Source of the DNA: Spironucleus salmonicida
Taxonomy: Eukaryota
Assembly: GCF_000497125.1 (NCBI RefSeq)
Contig: NC_090600.1
Coordinates: 1,323,197-1,387,196 of the forward strand
Direction of reading: 5' to 3'
Length of the DNA stretch: 64,000 bases
Part shown: one piece after another, positions 55,831 to 64,000 of the stretch
Position numbering within the stretch: position 1 is the first letter of the stretch
How the letters are laid out: each line of letters begins with the position of its first letter
Made by a program: the position numbers and the translations under genes
The notes under the pieces: generated by a model
The model's database searches: none
Told to the model about the DNA's origin: nothing
What the model saw: only the letters and a program-made list of their open reading frames with translations

Positions 55831-56691
55831 GCAAGTTAGTTTGATTTTAACTATTATTTGATATTAAGGTTAAAAGATATATTAGTGTATAAGTTTTATT
55901 ATATATTTTCTATATTCTTTATCTATTTCTAAAGTTAACATTATATATAATAGTTTATCAGGAGGCAACTTACTCTTTATTAGATCTTAAATTGCATTAA
56001 CTGATGATAATTTTTAAATTATTTAAATATAATTTTATATCTAAAACATTAATATCTTATATTATTTTATCTAAACATAGAATGTAAAAGATATTTTAGT
56101 GTATTTAAAAATCATATATAATATATTGTAAAACCATGTTTATTAAAAAAATTAATTGATTTATGATGAAATTAAAAAGATTATTTAAATCAAATATTGA
56201 CCATTAATATAAAATTTAAATATAACTATAGGTTGCCAGAGATACTAGGTAAATTTATATTTCTATTAATCGATAATTTGTTAGTTCGATAATGGTATGA
56301 TCAAAAAATACATATAAATATTTTAAGATCTAAACACAATATTCCTTGTTTTAAAAACTTGATAACTATTATGTCTTTGTGTCAATATTGGATAAAGTGT
56401 TATGATTTTAATCTAAATGTTATGATCTATTATTTTAATAAAAAACAGATACATACAAATATTTGTTCAAAATTTAATTTTATAAAGATTAATTAATAAT
56501 AATAATAATAAATAATAAAGTTATATTAGATCCAAAAAGTAGTTAATTTTGTTATTAAGAGAATAAGTACATAAACCTGTGATCGGTAAGAACTATAATA
56601 TATGTTATACAATAAATTTAAAATAGTATAATAAGAACTTACTTAATATATATTTATATATTAATTATAATTAATTGATAGATCCTCTAAA

Positions 56692-57933
56692 ATGCCATAT
56701 ACGGTAACACTTCATATTTATGACTTATCATAAGGTATAGCAGCATAACTTTCTAAATAGCTACTTAATAAAGAATTTAAGGCGGTATACCATACTGGGG
56801 TATCTCTACATAATACAGAATATTTCTTTGGACAGGGTATTTAAACAGGAGTACCACTTTAAACACCTTTTGGAAAGCCTATTGAATAGCGTGTAATGGG
56901 TACTACATCAAAGACTGTTAAAGATATCTATGATTGGATTTTTTCTCAATCAACAGATTTTTCTGAATCTTCTTATAATGCAATGACACATAATTGTAAT
57001 CATTTTTCAAGTGTATTCCTAACATTTTTAGGTATTTAAGGGTTTCCTTAGGAAATATTAGAGTAACCTGAAGAGTTTTTATCAACTTCATTAGGTAGCA
57101 TGTTTGGAAATATGTTTGGTGGAAAATCCAATTCACAACCTACTATCACCAATACAGAAACACCAAATAAAGAATATGCATCTCTTTATATTACAGATCC
57201 AAAAGTATTTATTTGCGATGACGAAGATCTTATCAACTATATTTAAGTCGTTTCTGAAAATGATGAAACTAAAAAATCCCTAAATACAATCTTAGCAGCA
57301 TATAACGAGTCTTAAAACTATAAAACGACATTTTTATTAGGTTAATAGAATAAAATTGCATTATACGAAGTTTTGGCTTTAATTTCAACCACATCTTCAA
57401 TAGAGAACATTCCAGAAGATCTCACACCTTCAAATTTGATCCCTTCTAACGAAACTACATTGATTATACCATTTTTCCGTTATCTTAATAATTACTTCTG
57501 CAACACAAAAGGCATGATAGATGGTCGTAAAAATATATAGCTATTCGTTCCTTTAATGAAAGAAATTATTGTAAATTAAGATAAAAATATTAAGGTCGCT
57601 GTACTGCGTTCTGCTTTTGCAATGTCAAGATTTTTCACTCCATCTATGCAGAAAAATACTCAGTTTTTCGAATTTTTGCTCAAAGAAGCTGTAGCCTATT
57701 CCTAATAATAAGGCAAGGAAAGTTAAATATGCCTTAATTTATGCTGTGGTGCCATTGGCAGAATGTTGATTTCGTTCAGCTCAGACGCTGTTTTGGCTAA
57801 TGAGTTAAAGCTAAAAGTGTCAAATCAACTGAAAACAGAAGACTTGAAGGATAGCAAGGCACCATGTGTAAGAGATCTTTCAAAATATATAAGCTTGAAA
57901 ACTGGGAAAAAAGATGACGAAGAATTTTTCTGA
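56692..57933 (+). CDS. PPPDE/DeSI-1-like deSUMOylating/deubiquitinating peptidase with helical (possibly PUL-like) C-terminus (413 aa)
   Basis: VTLHIYDLSQG...AVYHTGV...EYFFGQGI...YNAMTHNCNHFS with the catalytic His/Cys dyad. Confidence 0.9.
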
Positions 57934-57969
57934 CAATATTGTTTTATATCATATAACACTTCTAATAAT

Positions 57970-58473
57970 TCACCACTCCTCAGTTTATTCAATTTTTATT
58001 TCTTCTAGAATGAATTTATCCAGTGCCTTACCATACCAAACACAACTATTGCTAAGAAGCGTTTCTTAAAGCTCGAAAACACTTGGCATTGCATAGATAA
58101 TTGATTCATCTATATCAAGTAAGAATACAGCTTTTGGGTGAGACTTACAGTGACTGCTTGTATCTACTTCGAAAAGTTTAAGCGTGTAGATCTTCCTTTG
58201 TAACTCTCCCAACTCATCTTCAGGCGAGATTTATGGAACAATATTATGCAACTTAACTTAGTAACGAGAATCTGGTTTTTAGACTTCTGTATATATCTTT
58301 GAATAAGGGAATTGCTCCGTCGACTTCACGAATTCGGTCTCGAATTCATTGTAAAAATTAGATTTTACAAAGAAGAGAATAGCGCGATCAAGTATTGATT
58401 TGAGATCTGGGTCCTGCAATATGGCTACTTATTGCGCTATTTCTGAAGATGCAAAGGTCTTGATAACTGACAT
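57970..58473 (-). CDS. Hypothetical protein (167 aa)
   Basis: C-rich motif CTACCTCCACTCTAA before the ATG; open code-6 frame to GAG TGG TGA. Confidence 0.65.
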
Positions 58474-58744
58474 TTAGAGTGGAGGTAGTATTTATTATTA
58501 TTACTATATAATTGCAGTAATATTAAAATAAAACTTTTGAAGCAAGAGTTTTAGACCGGTGAATAAGAATTATTTACTATCAGATAATAATTATAAGTAG
58601 GAGAATACGAATTTTGTATTTAATAATTTAAATCCATCAACTCAAGAGATTCAACTAAAATAGATAATAACCACTCAGCCGTATCCTATAATCCCTATAT
58701 TTTAGTCAAACCCTCTTCTTTGGCATGTCCCCAACCACCAAAAT

Positions 58745-60031
58745 TCACTCCAGCGACCCCTCAATTCCCCTTAAGAATACATATACAGCGTCATAAACTT
58801 AGCTCTCATCCAACTCGTAGAGCACTTTTAGGACAGTTTTCAGAGCCAATTTTAAGTTTTCGGATGTTAAATTGTGGAGAATCTGCGCCAAAAACACCAA
58901 TAAATAGCTGATTCTATCATCGGAATCTTCAATTAAGTAGATCCTGAGAACCAAAATGGCTGCATTGAATGTGAATAAATCAGATGAAGTAGGGTCGTCT
59001 AGATGGACGAAAAAGATTAGGAAACCTTCAATTAAAGGCGAGTACACCTTGATCAAATCTGATAAGATGCTAATGTTTTGAAAATTATTCCGTTAAATGA
59101 ATGAAGATAGAAGCCTGATTAGTGAGAATGTTAGCTGCGGTTCGTCGGGTAAATTTTCATAGTATATGTTTAAAATTGTTTTAATTTCAAAATTTAGAAT
59201 TTTACAATTTAGAATTTCACAACAAGGAATAAGAAAGAAGAGAGGATCTGCGATTAAAAGTAATTGTTATGGTGTATATGAAGAATTTATTATATTCTAT
59301 AGAATAGATTATAGTTTTCCAGATTGTAAAAACGCATATGGATAATTAATACTATAGTTCAATAGAGTGTTTAGCTATGTTTCAGCTTAAATAGCTTAAA
59401 TAAATAGTTCTTGTGGTGGATCTACTTTACCTGTTTGCTCTTAAATGCCAAAGTTTTCGGGTATTATAATTGGAATAGCTCCAATAACAACATTTCTGTA
59501 TAATTCGTTTCGCACTGGATCAGAATGAACACTAATATTTTCGTCTAAACGTTAAGGAATAGACATAGAGTTAAAACTAAAATGAGGAGTTTCTGTTAAT
59601 TCTAATTTTTATTCGTTTAAAGTGAACTTCTTGATTTGATTAATGATATTAAAAGATATTATACCATCTTTTTAATAATGTTCTAAAGCCAATAGATGCT
59701 TTACATATATATCTAATAATTATTAAATATTATTCGGCGTAATTTCAAACTTACTTGTAATCTCTTCTAAAATTATGCTTTACGTTTATTGATTAGAATT
59801 ATAAGCATCATTTAAAACACTAAATCCTCCTTTTTATTTTACATACTCAAACAAATTGTATAGATCAATTATTTTAGTATCAATTTTAGGGTAAATTTCA
59901 AATAAAAAGCCTACTACATCTCGTTGGATTTGAATCATATTTATATAGAATTCAAGTTATTTCGGATCTTCAGCTACCAGGTTTTCGATAACCGTCTAAA
60001 CATCTGCTGAGCAGTGAAGGAAATTCTGCAT
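58745..60031 (-). CDS. ARID/BRIGHT DNA-binding domain protein (428 aa)
   Basis: PKIDTKIIDLYNLFEYVKQKGGF...LLDIYVKHLLALEHY; helical C-terminus (track ORF 58799..59056); C-rich upstream motif; stop GAG TGA. Confidence 0.85.
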
Positions 60032-60108
60032 AGATGGAAGGTAAAGATAGTTTTAATATTATATAATAAATAGATTTATTTAATAAATAAAAGATAGCAT
60101 TAATTTTA

Positions 60109-60468
60109 TCACTGTGGACATACTTCTGGTCTACGTAATCTCTCTTACATACTAGGTTTACCTATAAATGTTAAAAATTCTTCTAAGTTTTCAGCGGCCG
60201 TAACTTTCTCCCAGATATTTTCATTATTAATTTTCTCAACAACTTCTGAGGCATTAAATCCGTTTTCACCAGCCATCTGCATAAGACAGGAGTATTATTT
60301 ACTAAATTTCTCATATGCAAGAGTTACTAACAGAGAAATTCTTGAAGCTGGCTCTGTTGTACTAGTTATTATAACTTCATCCGAGCTGCAATATAAGCAA
60401 TTCTAAGGAGTTCTAAGTATATCTATAATTTCTACCTGACAATTTTAACACTTGATAGATAAAACCAT
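60109..60468 (-). CDS. Small zinc-ribbon protein (119 aa)
   Basis: N-terminal CQNC...CLYC; stop CAG TGA. Confidence 0.6.
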
Positions 60469-60838
60469 TCCAATCAAATAAAAAATATTAATATTATCAT
60501 ATAATATCATATATTGATATTAATACAATTGATAATGATTATCAGATAAAATTAATAAACAAGATGATATCAAGGATTGTAAAATGTATATTTATTATAA
60601 ATCTAAAAATGAATTACATAACTTAGTATTATATACTTAATAAATAGTCATTATATTATTAGGTATAATGTTTTTAGTTTATTTTTCAATACACTTCATA
60701 TCATTCAGTGACTACTGTAATATTTTCACTTTCATGTTTAATTAATTTCCAGTAATTTTAACCATTAAATAAAGTTTTCAACTACATATTAATTTAATAT
60801 TATATTATTATATAATAAAAGATTTACAACCATTTGCC

Positions 60839-61744
60839 ATGTACATCCGTCCATCTACATTTGTAAACCGGCTCTACCCACCACCACCAGCAGTCGATTT
60901 CGAGATCTAAAAATATCAGTAAAATTCTAATATAAACAGAGTTGGCGGTACAAAAGTCATATTCCCACCATTTTCGAAACTAGAGTAAATTGGATAAATC
61001 CAAGCAGCATTGTATTAGGCTTTAGACCCTGCATAGTATAACAAAATTCTTATTTTTTGTTCACATTAAAGCGAGTATTTGATGCAGACTCCTTTTACAA
61101 AGTGGATGATTCCTACACGGGAATGTATGGTGGCGAAAATTTCACAAGTTTAGGACATACCTTTTTGCTCAGAATTTGACTGTATCAATAACTAGTAAGC
61201 TGAGATCCAACTTATTTGGCTGTCTCGTATTTTCAATCTTCAGAGGCTTGAGGTTTATATATTCTACTGTGGAAATTAGCTGTAATTAATGAATTTACCC
61301 TTATTGTATGATCAGAACACATTGGTCATCTGCCCATTGGAGTTAACCCAAATTGGTATTGCTTTTCAATTTGTGCCAAAGCGTGAATGTGGCCTCATGG
61401 AGCATGCTTAAATGTTAAATTAGAAGCTCGTGGTTGCCATGGGGTAAGGTATTAAGGCTATAATTGAGGTTCTAAAGGAGGTCAAGCTACCAGAGAAAAA
61501 TGGATTTTTGACAGTTTTAAGGTTTTTCAAATAACTAGAGATCCAATTTCAGTATGAACTGCTTTGCCAATCTGCTAGCAACGAAATATTCAGTGCTTTG
61601 GACAGCGCAAAGACGTTTGGTGCAATAGTGGGTTTTACGAGCGATTACCGGAGCTAGGATTTTTATAAGAAGCAGGCGAAAATTGTAAAAAATGACTCAT
61701 TTGATTGTATCACATATCATTTAACCAGAATCCTCTGGCACTGA
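60839..61744 (+). CDS. MEMO1-like protein (301 aa), divergent
   Basis: MYIRPSTFVNRLYP, AALYQALDPAQYNKILIFCSH, AEIQLIWL, TLVICPLELTQIGIAFQF and DSAKTFGAI are colinear with Memo-family motifs; length fits. Confidence 0.65.
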
Positions 61745-62360
61745 TTTCTATATCTCTCTCGTTAACGTTAAACTCGTCCCCAGAACCTTCCCCGAAAAGC
61801 TACAAAAATAGTTTTTCGCACATATCAGTCGCACTAAATATTGCTCTTTCTGGGACTTTCAGAATATCTTAAATTTCTCGCAAACTGCAATTAGGTCCAT
61901 GGAAACTTCGCAGAAGTTCAATCGCCTAAATTTCGCTAAATCCACCAGGTTGCAACGTAAGTGCCTCGCAAAGCTAGGATGCTATTTGGCGGACACTGAC
62001 AGCTGTAGTTATTTTGACCAAAAATGACTCAAAATCGGCCGAAAACAAGCAATTTAGGCGCCTTAGTGCTGCTTAGAATACACGTGGTGAGATGGCGCTT
62101 GTGGAGAGCATCTCGACAAGAATCCGGTTTACTACATCAGGTGTGGTCATATACTATGATTCTAGAGTTTTGAAAAGCCGAAAAACATAAAATTCAAGCA
62201 GCTTAAATTTGGTGATTTTGATTTGTGAGAGGAAAATAATTAATTGGCTGAGTGGGATTGTGGAGGAAATGAGGTTATTAAGCACTTAGATTATAAACGG
62301 GTATGGTTGAGAGAGGTCCAGGAGCTACACATGTTTCATGATAGTCGTGATCTCTTCCAT
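61710..62360 (-). CDS. Hypothetical protein (216 aa); 3' end overlaps the MEMO1-like gene
   Basis: Open code-6 frame MEEITTIMKHVQ...ARGFWLNDM*. Confidence 0.6.
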
Positions 62361-62430
62361 GAATATAGAATAATACATAATTAGTATTATATTCATATTA
62401 ACATAAATTAAGTTTGGAGTGAAAGTTAAA

Positions 62431-63303
62431 ATGCGAAAACTCTCAACTATCCTTTATTCGCTTACAATTTTCGGGTTGACTCTATCAGTGTACTCCATCT
62501 ATACCCTATCATTGACACCATACTCCTAAATTATCAAACTCCAAAATGATACATCTATTTTCATATCAGAGAAATACGCTCCGTTTACACTTAAATATCT
62601 TACTGACACAATCCGCATCTGTGAACTATCTCAGTAGCCTGTATTCTCATAAGTTCCTTCAATGCTCACCAATTTTACTGTATAATTAGATTTTGACCCA
62701 TTCACTCACTTTAAACAGCACATAAGTGATTTTCAAGCTTACTAAAAACTAAAATTTAAGTCACTTACATGTTAATGTGAACGTGGTGAGTGTTATGATT
62801 TCGAGTATCTTAAATTTCATGTATACCAAAAGCAATCATTTTTCGATGTTCAACAGACGATAGCTGAGAAAACATTTACAATAGCTCTCAACAGAAAGCG
62901 CGAAGGTGACCTATAGCCTATCGAGCTTACCACATCAATGTAGGATTTTGCTAGCTCATATATCTAGGTTGTAAACTAACCTAATGAAAACTTTAGAATG
63001 CGATGTCAACTAGAAATTGCTGTATAGTAACTATAATTTGACCTATAGAAGGATTAATCATGCCGGCAATTTACATAGAACGCTTTTAGCGGTATTATTT
63101 ACCCACCAGCTTGGGTATAGGCGTAAAACCAAATCTCGACTTCAGTTCTTACCGAGTTAGAAAGCAAAGATATTTTGTAGTATAAGCGCGATGGAAAAAA
63201 CTAATTAATGATAATTGTAGGGATGACATTCTTTAGTTTCGTTGTGAGTGCGATCTAGTATTTACGGAATAGTTAAAATGATATCGACTTGGATGACATG
63301 TGA
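62431..63303 (+). CDS. Hypothetical membrane protein with N- and C-terminal hydrophobic helices (290 aa)
   Basis: AAAATG start, TGA-free frame, hydrophobic segments LSTILYSLTIFGLTLSVYSIYTL and LMIIVGMTFFSFVVSAI. Confidence 0.65.
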
Positions 63304-63327
63304 AATTTTGAAATGAAATTTGAGTTT

Positions 63328-64000
63328 TCACTCCAAAAGTCGCTTATCTATTGCGATTTAAGCTGTAAATAGATCATGATTTATGGTTACTGCATTCATT
63401 TCTTTAAGGTAATTCAGTCTCTGATGATTCTGTGAAATTGATTGAAAACCCAAAAATGGCGTCAAGAATGATGTTTTTTGCACGAAATATCCCATAAACT
63501 TTTTCATTTCCTTTGTAAAAAACTCGGGCTTATGTTAACCCAAAATCAGAGTAACTCCCTCTAAAGTCAGTTTCCTACTATAGTTTATGCGGATCAGAAA
63601 GTCGAAATAGTCACGTAAATCCCCTGCCCTGTTCAAAATTTTCTATGCCCCTAGTTTCAAAACTGGAAGTGGAAAATGGTCTTTAGTCTTAAATCTGGCA
63701 ATTTCAACAAATTCATCTGCTTTATAATCATTGAAAATGATCTGTTTCAGATTATGGGCCCTAGATGACAGTCGTTGATCATTTTCAAAGAAGCTAAGTG
63801 AGTTTGCAATCAAAATAACATTAGATTTTAATTCAAGAATCTAATATAGTTTCTTGTTACTTAGAAAGTCAGCCTCATCAAAAACGAGCGTTTTCCCCGG
63901 AAGTAGTTTGTACGCAGCAATTTCAGACTTTGATGATTTACTCAGTTGCTTAAAAATAGTATTATTAGGTGTCTTGGCGCAGTTGACTAACAGTGCCTTT
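63328..64000 (-). CDS. Orc1/Cdc6-family AAA+ replication initiator, 3' part (5' end outside the window)
   Basis: LLVNCAK...TLVFDEADFL...LY...VILIANSL...QRLSSR...IIFNDYK...AGDLR (Walker B, sensor 1, Arg finger, sensor 2); stop GAG TGA. Confidence 0.85.

Noticed and set aside
56263-56456. Possible diplomonad-type spliceosomal intron on the minus strand (GTATGT at 56456-56451, AACTAACAAATTATCG near 56286-56271)
   Set aside because: The AG expected right after the branch motif is missing and no convincing flanking exons were found.
1-64000. Mass pseudogenisation suggested by dense in-frame TAA/TAG
   Set aside because: TAR codons fall at conserved Gln positions and frames stay intact over more than 12 kb; this is code reassignment.

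Overview
AT-rich, gene-dense, apparently intron-less eukaryotic DNA. It only reads sensibly with TAA/TAG = Gln and TGA as the sole stop (translation table 6), so the supplied standard-code ORF track shows only fragments. The code, tiny intergenic spaces, C-rich motifs just upstream of ATGs and AGTGA overlapping many stop codons point to a hexamitid diplomonad (Spironucleus-like; inference). In order: a giant DNAH6-like dynein heavy chain with degenerate AAA sites (runs off the left edge); a ~2300-aa multipass membrane protein; a MatE-like transporter; UTP7/WDR46; a near-perfect 4728-bp direct duplication (C2H2 zinc finger, RPAP3-like TPR protein, meckelin, with the first meckelin copy 5'-truncated and fused to a 304-bp unique spacer); a DUF6962/CREST-like membrane protein; an RRM-like protein; glycogen branching enzyme; tubulin cofactor B; cytoplasmic dynein-2 heavy chain; a divergent ARPC4-like ORF; a PPPDE/DeSI peptidase; an ARID protein; a MEMO1-like protein; several hypotheticals; and the 3' part of Orc1/Cdc6. 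The most notable leads are the ARPC4-like gene in a lineage usually described as lacking Arp2/3, the putative pseudo-motor dynein, and the duplication-born chimeric meckelin. All translations were done by eye and all family assignments come from remembered motifs, not database searches.
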